Below, one piece after another: positions 46,694 to 56,613 of a stretch of 64,000 nt of DNA (position 1 is the first letter of the stretch; each line of letters opens with the position of its first letter). A program made the position numbers and the translations under genes. Source of the stretch: Candidatus Eiseniibacteriota bacterium (GTDB taxonomy: Bacteria > Eisenbacteria > RBG-16-71-46); contig CAVSAC010000010.1 of assembly GCA_963725865.1 (NCBI GenBank), positions 800,001 through 864,000 of the forward strand. Direction: 5' to 3'. Below the pieces are notes generated by a model that was not told where the DNA came from, searched no databases, and saw only the letters and a list, made by a program, of their open reading frames with translations.

Positions 46694-48934
46694 ATGCGCA
46701 CCCCGAGAGCCCTGCGGCGCCTCGCCCTGCTGCTCCTGCCCGCGGCGCTCGTCGCGGGCTGTGCCCCGCGCCACGAGCCCGCCCGCGCGTGGACTGCCGA
46801 CCAGGTCCCCGAGGCGTACGCACGCCCGCTCGGCGCCCTCATGTGGCCGGGCGGCACGCGCGCCTTCCAGGTGACCCCGGGCGGCGATCTCTACAACGGC
46901 GTGTGGGCCGTGCGAATCACGGCGTGCGCGGGAGATTCGCCGGCGGCGGCTCCGCGATCGATCGCGTGCGAGGACCGCTGGCTGCCGGTGCTCCGCTGGA
47001 CACGTCGCGGCGGGGGCGTGCAATGGGACTATGAGGCGATCGCATGTCCCGAGCCCGAGCCGGGGCCGTTCGCGCCGCGCGGCCTCTTCGCGCGCATGCT
47101 CGCCGCACGCGAACGTGCGGCGGATCGGCGTGCGGTGGACGCGTTGTTCGCGAGCCTGCCGCTCCAGCGCGCGGACCAATTGCTGGCCCGCGCGCCGCTG
47201 CCCCTCGAACGCGATCCGCTCGATCGGCGGAACGTGCTCGTCTCGCTGCAGGTGACGGTGACCAACCAGGGCATCGCGAGGCGCGCCGTGCGGTCGGAGC
47301 TCGCGATCGAGCCCGCGCCGCTCGACGCATCGTATCGCGACCCCGATTCCCTGCTCGGCGTGCCGTGGAACACGTGCTGGCTCACCGCCGTCCCCGCCGA
47401 CTCGGTGATGGGGGTCGGCGCGGGTGAGGTCACGGGGCATTCGCTCGTCACGCGCTTCGAGCTGCGTCCCGGGGAACGACGGACGTTTCGCGCCGTGCTC
47501 CCGGCCTACCCGCTCCGCGGCTCGTCACTCGAAAGCTGGGCGCGCGTCTCGCACGCGGAGCGCGTCCGCTCGGTGCGCGAGTACTGGCTGCGCACGATGG
47601 ACCGGGGTGCCACGATCGAGCTCCCGGATCCGGAGGTGGTGCACGCGTGGCGCGCCGCCGCCGTGCTGCTCCTGTCGCTGCGCGAGCGGCGGCTCGATGC
47701 CTGGGTCCCGATCGGAGGGCCGTTCCACTATCGCGACGTCTGGCTGCGCGACGGGGCGCGCGCGATGCAGGCGCTGGCGATCGCGGGCTATACGCGCGAG
47801 GCGCGCGAGCTCGCGCAGTCCTTCCTGGCGTTCCAGTGGCCCCACGGGCCGTTCCGCAGCCAGGGCGGGCAGCTCGACGGCACCGGACAGGCGATGTGGG
47901 CGTTCGAACAGGTCCTGCTGCGCCCGCGACCGGCCCCCGACGTGCGGCGCTACGCCGACGCGGGCGTGCGCGCGTGGCGCGCCCTCGAGCGCGCGCGCGG
48001 AGGCGCGCGTCCGGGCGGCGGCCGAGGCATCGCGGGGCTGCTGCCCATCACCGATCCGCACGACGCCGAGCTCGTCGAGGCGCAACTGGTCGGCAACGAT
48101 GCCTGGGCCATCGCGGGCTATCGGGCGACCGAGCGGCTGCTGCGCGCGGCGGGTGAGAACGCGGCGGCGGATTCCATCGGGCGTTCCGAGCTTCGATATC
48201 GGCGCACGTTCCAGGCGAGCCTCGCGGCGACGGGGCAACCGGACGTCCCGCCCTCGTGGCAGGGACCGGGGACGGATTGGGGGAACCTCGCCGTGGGCTA
48301 TCCGTGCCGCGTGCTGCCGCCGGATGATCCGCGACTGCTGGCCATGGCGCGCAGGTACTGGGCCGCGACCGGCGGCGCGGGACTCGGGCACTACCGCGAC
48401 CCGGATGCCGCGCACACCTACGTCGCGGCCGACCTGGGGACGTGGGCGCTGGTCTCGGGACACCGCGCGATCGCGGACAGCGTCCTGGCGGCGAGCCTCG
48501 CATGGCGTTCGGCGGGCGGCGGCGCGGCCGAGATCTTCTCCCGCTCGAAACGGGACTTCGGCGTGAACTACCCGCCGCATCCGACCGCCGCCGCGGCGCT
48601 CATCGCGCTCGTGCGGAACAGCCTGCTCTACGACGATGCGGACGTGCTGCAGCTCACGCTCGGCGCACGCACTGCGTGGTGGACGGGCAGCCGCGTGCGA
48701 CGCGCGCCGACGCGCTGGGGCCTCATCGATCTCTCGTTCGCGCGTGAGGGCCGCGAGGCACGCTGGTCGTGGACGCCGGTGCCGGTCTGGACGGCGCTCA
48801 CGCTGCCGCCGGCGACGCATCTCGCCGGGCCCCTGCCGCCGGGGTGTCTGCAGGGCCGGCGCGGCGATGTCGTGCTGGCGCCGCCCGGGCGCGGCGAGGT
48901 GCACCTGACGATCGCGGACGGCGTCGGATCCTGA
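46694..48934 (+). CDS. Lipoprotein with six-hairpin glycosidase-like domain
   Basis: Lipobox 'LVAGC'; 'YRDVWLRDGAR', 'GQLDGTGQAMW', 'NDAWAIAG'. Confidence 0.7.
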   Translation: MRTPRALRRLALLLLPAALVAGCAPRHEPARAWTADQVPEAYARPLGALMWPGGTRAFQVTPGGDLYNGVWAVRITACAGDSPAAAPRSIACEDRWLPVLRWTRRGGGVQWDYEAIACPEPEPGPFAPRGLFARMLAARERAADRRAVDALFASLPLQRADQLLARAPLPLERDPLDRRNVLVSLQVTVTNQGIARRAVRSELAIEPAPLDASYRDPDSLLGVPWNTCWLTAVPADSVMGVGAGEVTGHSLVTRFELRPGERRTFRAVLPAYPLRGSSLESWARVSHAERVRSVREYWLRTMDRGATIELPDPEVVHAWRAAAVLLLSLRERRLDAWVPIGGPFHYRDVWLRDGARAMQALAIAGYTREARELAQSFLAFQWPHGPFRSQGGQLDGTGQAMWAFEQVLLRPRPAPDVRRYADAGVRAWRALERARGGARPGGGRGIAGLLPITDPHDAELVEAQLVGNDAWAIAGYRATERLLRAAGENAAADSIGRSELRYRRTFQASLAATGQPDVPPSWQGPGTDWGNLAVGYPCRVLPPDDPRLLAMARRYWAATGGAGLGHYRDPDAAHTYVAADLGTWALVSGHRAIADSVLAASLAWRSAGGGAAEIFSRSKRDFGVNYPPHPTAAAALIALVRNSLLYDDADVLQLTLGARTAWWTGSRVRRAPTRWGLIDLSFAREGREARWSWTPVPVWTALTLPPATHLAGPLPPGCLQGRRGDVVLAPPGRGEVHLTIADGVGS

Positions 48935-49062
48935 TTGCTCGCCCGGCATGGGTGATTTCTGCCGTGGTGGCCAACCCCTCGCCGGTCCGGGCCGGCGACC
49001 GCTTTTGGCCAGGTCGTCGGCTGGCGGCCACTTGAGCCGTGGAGCCGTGGCTGGCAGCCGGG

Positions 49063-49077
49063 CGGCATGCTTCATGC
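49063..49077 (+). promoter_or_regulatory. Candidate sigma54 -24/-12 promoter CGGCATGCTTCATGC
   Basis: GG-N10-GC spacing close to TGGCACGnnnnTTGC, about 90 nt upstream of the GGDEF gene. Confidence 0.45.
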
Positions 49078-49163
49078 GAAACGTCCGGCGCGGGACCTCC
49101 CGACCGGGCGGCCCCACGGGCAGGCTGGGCGATTGCTCGGGCAGGCCGCGGACGATCGCCTCC

Positions 49164-50180
49164 ATGGGCAGGCTCCTCATGTCACAGGCGCTCGAACGAC
49201 ATCGCGACGATGGGCGCGCGGACCCGGGTGCGGGGACCGCCGCGGTGCGTCCGCTGCGGGTGCTGCTCGCGTTGGATCACGGTCGCGACGCCGAGCCCGT
49301 GCGGGATGCGCTGCGGGACCCCGCCGCGCCGCCACTGGAGATGAGTGAGACGGTGCGGCTGTCGCGCGTGGTGACGAGCGTCATGCGCGCGCATCCCGAT
49401 GTGGTGCTGCTCGGGCTGGGGCATCCCGCCGGCGGCGGACTGAACGCGCTCCGCCGGCTGCGCACCGTGGCGCCACAGTTCCCGGTCGTGGCGCTCGCGC
49501 ACAGCGAGGACGAGCCGGTGGCCGTCGAGGCGGTCCGCGAGGGCGCGCAGGACTACCTGCTGGCCGAGACCATGACGCCGCTCACACTCGGACGCTCGCT
49601 GTGGTGCGCGGTGGAGCGGCACCGGCGGCTGAACGAGCTGCGCGAGCAGTGCTGGACCGATCCGCTCACCGGGCTGCACAACCGGCGCGGCTTCGCCGCG
49701 CTCGCCGAGAGCCACCTGCTGCTGGCGCGTCGCAACGGGCGCCGGCTGCTGCTGCTGTGCGCCGACGTCGACGACCTCAAGAGCATCAACGATCGCTTCG
49801 GCCACGAGGAGGGCGATCGCGCGCTGACCCGCGTCGCGTGGCTGCTGCGTCGCGCGCTGCGCGAATCCGACGTGCTCGCGCGCTTCGGTGGCGACGAGTT
49901 CGTGGCGCTGGCGCACGATGCGGACCAGCGCTCGGCGACCACCGTGACGGCGCGCATCGTCTCGAAGTTCGAGGCCGCCCACGCCGCGCAGCGGGGGCCC
50001 TATCGCCTGTCGCTCTGCATCGGGACGGCGTCGATGGACGCCGCGGGCGCGAGCCTCGAGACCCTGCTGAGCCGTGCCGACGAGGCGCTGTACCGCAACA
50101 AGCGCCGCCGTCCGGCGATCGTCCGCGCCACGGGGTCGACGTCGCCCGCCGGCCCGCCGCGCCCCACCGGCGCGGCCTGA
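49164..50180 (+). CDS. Pseudo-receiver-GGDEF diguanylate cyclase
   Basis: 'DPLTGLHNRR', 'INDRFGHEEGD', I-site RESD, intact GGDEF; REC-like N-terminal domain; start at 49164 or 49179. Confidence 0.9.
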   Translation: MGRLLMSQALERHRDDGRADPGAGTAAVRPLRVLLALDHGRDAEPVRDALRDPAAPPLEMSETVRLSRVVTSVMRAHPDVVLLGLGHPAGGGLNALRRLRTVAPQFPVVALAHSEDEPVAVEAVREGAQDYLLAETMTPLTLGRSLWCAVERHRRLNELREQCWTDPLTGLHNRRGFAALAESHLLLARRNGRRLLLLCADVDDLKSINDRFGHEEGDRALTRVAWLLRRALRESDVLARFGGDEFVALAHDADQRSATTVTARIVSKFEAAHAAQRGPYRLSLCIGTASMDAAGASLETLLSRADEALYRNKRRRPAIVRATGSTSPAGPPRPTGAA

Positions 50181-50190
50181 GCCGCGTCCT

Positions 50191-50835
50191 TCAGGGCAGC
50201 AGCTTCGCGCTCACCAGCCGGGGCACCACCGTGGACGCCACGTCCCGGCTCACCTGCTCGATCGGCGCGGGCTGCACCAGCGGCGTGCGCCCGGCCCACA
50301 CCATGCGCCCGGAGCTGGCGCCTTCCCACACCTCCACGTCGTAGCCCACGACGCGCTCTGGCTCGACGGTGGTGCGTCCGCGGGACTGGTGGAACACGCT
50401 CACGTACATGCCCCAGAACGGCATGAACGTGCCGCCGACACCGACGCCCGCGCCGCCGCTGCGGCGCTGCACTTCGTCCTCGGCGCCCTTGCGAACCGTG
50501 AGCAGTCCGTCGAAGCCACCCTCGCGCAGCTTGGTGCGCGCCTCGGCCGTATCGGGGAACGACTCGGGGAACAGCCGGTGGCTCGGGGTCGCGGACACGC
50601 CGCGCGTCGCGAGCTGGCGCACGAACGCGTCCTCCCACTGGCGGCGCTTCACCGGATCGGGCATCGCCGCGAGCACGAACCAAGTGCGATAGCCCTGGGG
50701 CGCGCGCTCGGTGTCGGTCCACTCGGTCGCCAGCCGAGTCGTCGCGCAGCCCGGGAGCATCCCCAGCCCGGCGCCCAGCAGCAGCGCCACCGCCAGCCCG
50801 CGCGCGCCGCGCGCGGTCACCGTCCTGGTCCGCAT
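50191..50835 (-). CDS. Hypothetical lipoprotein (DUF4136-like)
   Basis: GGAGG RBS; lipobox 'LPGC'; 'RRQWEDAFV', 'MVWAG'. Confidence 0.65.
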   Translation of the reverse strand: MRTRTVTARGARGLAVALLLGAGLGMLPGCATTRLATEWTDTERAPQGYRTWFVLAAMPDPVKRRQWEDAFVRQLATRGVSATPSHRLFPESFPDTAEARTKLREGGFDGLLTVRKGAEDEVQRRSGGAGVGVGGTFMPFWGMYVSVFHQSRGRTTVEPERVVGYDVEVWEGASSGRMVWAGRTPLVQPAPIEQVSRDVASTVVPRLVSAKLLP

Positions 50836-50876
50836 CGAAGCCTCCCTCCCGCCGGCGGCCGGTCGGCGCACGGGAC

Positions 50877-52269
50877 TCATGGCGTCATCGCCTGCAGCCG
50901 CGTGCGGAGCCCCGCGATGGTCGACTCGCTGCGCTGCCCCGCGGGCAGCGATTGCGCGAATTCCAGCGCCTCCCCGAGCGTGCGCCGCGCCGCATCGCGA
51001 TCCCCGCGACCGTTGAAGAGCTGGACGCGCACATTGTAGAGCGTCAGCTTGCGCGGGCCGTAGACCCTCACCATCGCGCGATCCGAGGCCGCCACCCCCT
51101 CGTCCCAGCGGCGCAGCGCGTTGTACGCGATCGCCAGGCGCGCGGGTGGATTGTAATCGTCGGGCGCGTCACGCTCCGACGCCTCGAGCATCGGGATCGC
51201 GCGCTCGGCCTGACCCAGATCCAGGTAGGCGCTCAGCCGGTGCGAATCGAACACCATGCGCGCCGCGGGCGACGTCGCCCGCTCGGCCTGCTCGTCGAGG
51301 AAGGCCGACCACGCGACGGTGTTGGCGTGGACCGCCGGCGCTGTCGCCGAGCGCATCGAGCGCCTCGCCGATCGCGATGAACAGCCCCGAGCGGTCGTCG
51401 GCCGCCATCGCGATCGTGCGGTCGGCGACCAGGTCGCGCGCGGGCGGCAGCAGCGCGTGGATCCACTCCGCGCGCGCGGCCAGCGTGTCGGGCAGCTCGA
51501 TCGCGCAGCCGAGCCCGCTCCCCGCGATGTTCGCCGCCGAGACCGTGCGGCCGAGCCTCGGCAGGGCCGCGAGCGCCGACGTGGCGCCGGTCTCGTACGC
51601 CGACGCCCGCGACGCCGCGAACAGCAGCGCCTCGGTCGCGCGCGCATAGGACGGCCAGTCGGCGGGCGCGCGATCGAGCGCCGCGCGGTACGCGAGCACC
51701 GCGGCCGAGTCGTCGCCGGCAGCATACGCGCGGTCCGCGCGCGCCAGCGCGCTGTCCGCCGGTGTGCGCCCGCGCGGCTCGCCGTGGCGCTCCACCGCCA
51801 GCCGGCCGTCGGCCACGAAGCGCTCCACCTGCGGCACCGTCATCGCCCCCACCCACTTCAAGGCGACGGTCTCATCCCGCGGGTCGACGACGTAGAACGT
51901 CGGCAGCGCCGCCAGGGCCAGCGGGCGCTTGCTGTGCGGCGCGTTGACCGCCTTCTCCATGTCGAGTTCGAGCCAGACGGACCGTCCGGCAAGCCCCGCG
52001 AGAGCCTCGTCCGTGAAGACGAACGCCCTCATGGAGCGACACGTGTGTCACCACGGCGCCCAGGCTTCGACGAACACCGGCAGATGACGCTGGCGCGCCA
52101 TTTCCATCGCGCGCGACCAGTCGTCGCGCACGAACGGCAACACGCTGCGCGGCCCGGCCGCCGCGGGCACCGATCGCCGGGCCGCAACCGCCCGCCCGCG
52201 CGATGGCGCACCGACCGCGAACGACAGAGCAAGCACCAGAACGGGTACCACCCAACGGAGTCGTGCCAT
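50877..52269 (-). CDS. Secreted thioredoxin-fold + TPR-like protein, probable selenoprotein (UGA at 52050-52048; apparent +1 frameshift at ~51335)
   Basis: Signal peptide; 'AMEMARQRHLPVFVEAWAPW-UGA-HTCRSM' read in frame; 'ALPTFYVVDP' cis-Pro region; helical repeats downstream. Confidence 0.8.
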
Positions 52270-52747
52270 GCGTGGAAAACTAGCAGAGCGTCCGAGCGCA
52301 TCCAATTCCGCCCAGCCCCTGTGCAGCCGAGGTGCACCCGTTCGTCGCAATCCGTGCGGCGAGCCGCTCGCTTGGGACGAACGCCGGGTGTCCCGAGCCC
52401 GCGGGGAGCGCCGGGAGCGGGCCAGCAGGCGAGCAGGAAGGGATCGTGAGCCGGACCGCGGCAGGAAGCCGCGGTCCGAGCGAACGCAGCGCCGCCGCGG
52501 GCAGGATGCCCGCGGCAAAGCGACCTTTCCGGATCGCCTGCTGGCCCGCTCCCGGCGCGGAGCACGTTCATCTCCGACAGCCCGCCGGCCCGCTCCCGGC
52601 GCGGCGTGCGGCCGCCTTCCGTGAGCCCGCCGCGCGCTCGTGCCCCAAATGGCCGCGCTCGCGCGCCGAGGATCGTACCCGCCAGCCGCGATGCCTAGAG
52701 TCGCGCGCGTTCCCAGCGTTCGTCGACCCCCTCACGCGGAGGACCCC

Positions 52748-53527
52748 ATGCCCGTCGTCAGCACCCACGCCCCCGGCACCTTCTGCTGGTTCGAGCTCAA
52801 CACCACGGACATCGCGGCCGCCCGCAAGTTCTACATGGCCCTGTTCGGCTGGTCGATGCGCGAGGACCCCACCGGCGCCTCGCCGTACACCATGTTCCGC
52901 ATCGGCGAGAACGACGTCGCAGCCGGCTACACCATGATGAAGGAACAGCTCGCGGCCGGCACGCCGCCGCACTGGATGCAGTACGTCAGCGTCGCCAGCG
53001 CCGCCGACACCACTGCGAAGGCGACCGCGGCCGGCGGCACCGTGCTGATGGGACCGATGGACGTCATGGACATCGGGCGCATGGCGGTGCTCCGCGACCC
53101 GCAGGGCGCGAGCTTCGCGATCTGGGAGCCGCTGAAGCACTTCGGCGTCAGTCGCGTCGGCGAGCTGAACACCCACTGCTGGAGCGAGCTCATGACGCCC
53201 GACGCCGCGGGCGCGGAGCGGTTCTACACCCGGACGCTGCCGTGGACGGCGAAGCACGAGTCGATGGGCGGCGTCCAGTACGTGACGTGGAAGCGCGGCG
53301 AGTCGCAGGCCGCCGGCATGATGACGCTGGAGCCGGGGCAGCGCGAGGTGCCGCCGCACTGGGGCCTCTACTTCTCGGTCGCCGACTGCGATGCCGCGGT
53401 GGCGAAGGCGAGCAGCCTCGGCGGCAAGGTGCTGCATCCGGCGTTCGACGCCGGCGACGTCGGTCGTTGTGCCCTGCTCGCCGACCCGCAGGGTGCGCCG
53501 TTCTGGGTCATCCGGCTGAAGAAGTAG
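52748..53527 (+). CDS. Two-domain VOC/glyoxalase family protein
   Basis: Duplicated 'CWFEL..D..AA.KFY..LFGW' / 'CWSEL' and 'DPQGA.F' modules; GGAGG RBS. Confidence 0.93.
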   Translation: MPVVSTHAPGTFCWFELNTTDIAAARKFYMALFGWSMREDPTGASPYTMFRIGENDVAAGYTMMKEQLAAGTPPHWMQYVSVASAADTTAKATAAGGTVLMGPMDVMDIGRMAVLRDPQGASFAIWEPLKHFGVSRVGELNTHCWSELMTPDAAGAERFYTRTLPWTAKHESMGGVQYVTWKRGESQAAGMMTLEPGQREVPPHWGLYFSVADCDAAVAKASSLGGKVLHPAFDAGDVGRCALLADPQGAPFWVIRLKK

Positions 53528-53624
53528 CGGCACCGGCGCACGAACACGACCGCCGCGGCTCGCAGGAGCCGCGGCGGCGTCGTTCCGGACCAGCCGGTCG
53601 CGCGGGGGGCGCCCCGCGCCGCGC

Positions 53625-54713
53625 CTAGAAGAAGCGCTTCACGAAGCCCAGGGCGCCCTGCTTCCAGGGCACGCGGTGCGACACCCCCGAGCTGGTCCCG
53701 AAGTCCGCGCGGTGCGCCAGGTACCACTCGTAGTTGCGGATCAGCGCCTGCTTGTTCGAGAACTGCGGGCGGTAGCCGATCACGCGCTCGGCCTTCTCGA
53801 CCGAGACGAACGAGTCCTTGCTGGCGGTCTCGTACACCCACTTGTAGAGCGGCGACAGGTGGAGCAGCTCCAGCAGGCGCAGCGCCCAGATCACCGGCGC
53901 CGCGGGGAAGCCGCGCACCCGCTTGCCGAATCCCGCGTGATCGAGCACCGCCTGGTAGTCCTCGCCCATCGTGGTGAATTCCCGGGCGCCGATGTTGAAC
54001 GTGTCGTTGACGGTGGCGCGGTCGAGCGTCAGGCACAGCACGATCGCCTGGCAGAGGTCCTCGACGTCCAGCAGCTGGTAGCGGTTCCGGCCGCTGCCGA
54101 TCATCGGGAAGCCGCGGCCGTCCTGCGCCCAGTCGTAGAACAGCGCGAACACCCCCAGCCGCTCCGGCCCGATGAAGCTCTTGGGGCGGATGATCGGCAC
54201 GCACAGACCCTGCTTCACGAACTCCGCGCACACGCCCTCGCCCGCGACCTTGGCGTTGCCGTAGGGGCCGACGCCGTCGAGCTTGTCGGTTTCGACCAGC
54301 GGGTGGTGATCGGGGATCCCGTAGACGGCGGTGGACGAGATGTGCACCGCGCGCTGGACGCCGTGCGCCAGCGCACTCGCGAGCACGTTGCGGGTGCCGT
54401 CGATGCCGGTGGTCATGATGTCGTGCGGCGGGTAGAGCGGCAGCGCCATGGCGCCGTGCACCACCAGGTCCACGCCTTCCATCGCCCGATCCACCGCGGC
54501 GCGGTCGCGGATGTCGCCCACCACCGCCTCGACCCGGTCCTTGCAGTCCTGGTAGTCGAACGGGAGCAGGTCGATCGACCGCACGCGCAGCCCGCGGGCG
54601 AGCAGATAGCGGATCAGGTTGATCCCCAGGAAGCCGGAGCCGCCGGTGACGAGCACCCGGGCGGGGGCGCCATCGCGGCCGGTGGGGGTCGGGAACGTGG
54701 GGGAAGCACTCAC
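53625..54713 (-). CDS. NAD-dependent epimerase/dehydratase (extended SDR)
   Basis: 'VLVTGGSGFLG', 'ISSTAVYG', YxxxK (YGNAK); GGAGG RBS. Confidence 0.9.
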   Translation of the reverse strand: MSASPTFPTPTGRDGAPARVLVTGGSGFLGINLIRYLLARGLRVRSIDLLPFDYQDCKDRVEAVVGDIRDRAAVDRAMEGVDLVVHGAMALPLYPPHDIMTTGIDGTRNVLASALAHGVQRAVHISSTAVYGIPDHHPLVETDKLDGVGPYGNAKVAGEGVCAEFVKQGLCVPIIRPKSFIGPERLGVFALFYDWAQDGRGFPMIGSGRNRYQLLDVEDLCQAIVLCLTLDRATVNDTFNIGAREFTTMGEDYQAVLDHAGFGKRVRGFPAAPVIWALRLLELLHLSPLYKWVYETASKDSFVSVEKAERVIGYRPQFSNKQALIRNYEWYLAHRADFGTSSGVSHRVPWKQGALGFVKRFF

Positions 54714-54875
54714 GGCGCGTGTCCTCGGAGGTCAGGGGGTCGTGCCGCGGAGAGGGCACCGTGTCCGGCGTGCCCGCGGCCAGCGTGATGGAGGCCGATC
54801 CTCCGTGAGGACCGGATCGACCGCGACGCGCGGGAACCTACCCTACCGGCCGCGCGGCGGCCAAGTCCGCCCGCG

Positions 54876-56438
54876 TCAGACCGGCTGGTGCTCGGGCCGC
54901 AGCAGGTCGTTCACGGTCTTGACCGGCGTGAACACCTCGAGCGGCACGTCCACGAAGCGCGTGAGCCAGCCGGCCATCGCGCCGTTCCACAGTCCCGGGC
55001 GCTCGAGCGCGACCAGCGCGCGGCCACCGGCGCTCTTGTGGGTGACGATCACCGCGTCAGGATCGATGAAGCGGGCCAGCTCATGCGGCGCGCCGGCCGC
55101 ATCGCGCAGCAGGCCGACCAGGAACACCGGGTTGAAGTGGGTCGCCGCGCGGAGCCGCGCCTGCTGCTCGCGCGAGGCCGGATCCACCTCGGAGGCCTCC
55201 ACGATCTGCGGGCGCTCGGCGCCGTCGCGGCCGCGCACCCAGAACGGACCGCCGCCGGGCTCGCCCGTGTTGGGCACCATGCCGCATACCCGCACCGGAC
55301 GGTCGAGCAGCGCGCGCAGCACCGCGCGGCGCGCGCCCGCAGTATCGGGGGCAGGCGCCAGCCCCAGCGTCTCGCGCGCGTACGCGGCGGCCGCGTCGCA
55401 CGCGCCGCCGTCCCCGGCGTCCGCCAGCCGCGCGAGCAGTGCGTGCACCTGCTCGGCGGTCTCGAGCCCGAGGCCGGCGAGCGCCCCCCACCACGCCAGC
55501 GTGGCGTCGCGGCGGCCGTCGGGCTGCACGTTGTCGACGTTCTTGATCAGCACCACGTCGCCGCCTACCGCGCCGAGGTTGCCGATCAGCGCCCCGTGCC
55601 CGGAAGGGCGCAGCAGCAGCTCGCCGCGCGCGTCGCGGAACGGCCGCCCGTCGCCGTCGAGCGCCAGCGTGTCGGTCGCCGGCGACTGCACCGAGAAGCC
55701 GACCTCGAAGTGCGCCCGATGCCGCGCGCCGACGCGCGGCGCGGCCTCGGCGAGCAGCGCCTCGAAGCCCGCGCGGTGCTCCGGGCTCACGGTGAAGTGC
55801 GCGCGGCAGAGGCCGCCCGCGTCGCGCGCGACGAGGGCGGCCTCCTCGAGCTGCTCCTCGAACGCGGTGCGCGGCCCGGCCGGCGAGCGATGGAACGCGA
55901 GCAGCCCCTTGGGCCGCTCGGCGTAGCCGAGGCCGGCGGGGCCGAGCAACGCCGCGAGGATCGCCTCGATCGGGCCGGCGTCGGCGAGCCGCGCGAGCAC
56001 GCCGCCGTGGCGCGCGAGCGTGGCGGCGAGCGCATCGTGGAACGCGAAGCGCGGCAGGCCCTCGACGAACGCGAGCACCGCGCGGGCGTCCGGATCGTGC
56101 GCCGCTGCCGCCGCCAGATCCGCGCGCGTCGTCGCGCCGCCGCGGGCCTGCCAGGCCAGCAGCTCCTTGAACATGCGGCTGGCGGCCCCCGAGGCGGGCA
56201 CGAAGCGTGACAGGCGGCCGGCCTCCGCGGCGCGCGCGGCGCGCTCCTGAAGTGCGGCGAGCCGCGCACCCTCGAGCCGCTCGATCCCATCGCCCGGCGT
56301 GCACGGGCGCACCAGCGCGGCGTAAGTCGGCGGGGCCGCCAGCCGCGTGAGCTGCGCCGCAGCCTCCGCGGGAGCGATCCCGCGCGCCGCGAGCGCGGCG
56401 CGATCGGTGGCGGTGAGCAGCGCGGCGGGGTCGGTCAT
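54876..56438 (-). CDS. DUF4301 family protein
   Basis: 'FVPASGAASRMFK', 'PKGLLAFH', 'HFTVSPEH', 'RPSGHGALI.NL', 'IKNVDNV', 'GEPGGGPFW', 'GLWNGAMA.W...F.PVKTVNDLL'. Confidence 0.88.
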   Translation of the reverse strand: MTDPAALLTATDRAALAARGIAPAEAAAQLTRLAAPPTYAALVRPCTPGDGIERLEGARLAALQERAARAAEAGRLSRFVPASGAASRMFKELLAWQARGGATTRADLAAAAAHDPDARAVLAFVEGLPRFAFHDALAATLARHGGVLARLADAGPIEAILAALLGPAGLGYAERPKGLLAFHRSPAGPRTAFEEQLEEAALVARDAGGLCRAHFTVSPEHRAGFEALLAEAAPRVGARHRAHFEVGFSVQSPATDTLALDGDGRPFRDARGELLLRPSGHGALIGNLGAVGGDVVLIKNVDNVQPDGRRDATLAWWGALAGLGLETAEQVHALLARLADAGDGGACDAAAAYARETLGLAPAPDTAGARRAVLRALLDRPVRVCGMVPNTGEPGGGPFWVRGRDGAERPQIVEASEVDPASREQQARLRAATHFNPVFLVGLLRDAAGAPHELARFIDPDAVIVTHKSAGGRALVALERPGLWNGAMAGWLTRFVDVPLEVFTPVKTVNDLLRPEHQPV

Positions 56439-56613
56439 GGCGGCGCAGGATAGTGAAGCGGGCGAAGCGGCGGCAAGCGGAGCGGCCCGCGGCCGCGGCG
56501 GTCGACCGTGCGCCGGCGCCCGCGTACGAATCGTTGACGGCCCGCGCCGACCCCGCCTAGAGTCGCCGCGCATTCCCCACGCTTCGCGTGCCGATCGACC
56601 GAGGAGGAGCTCC

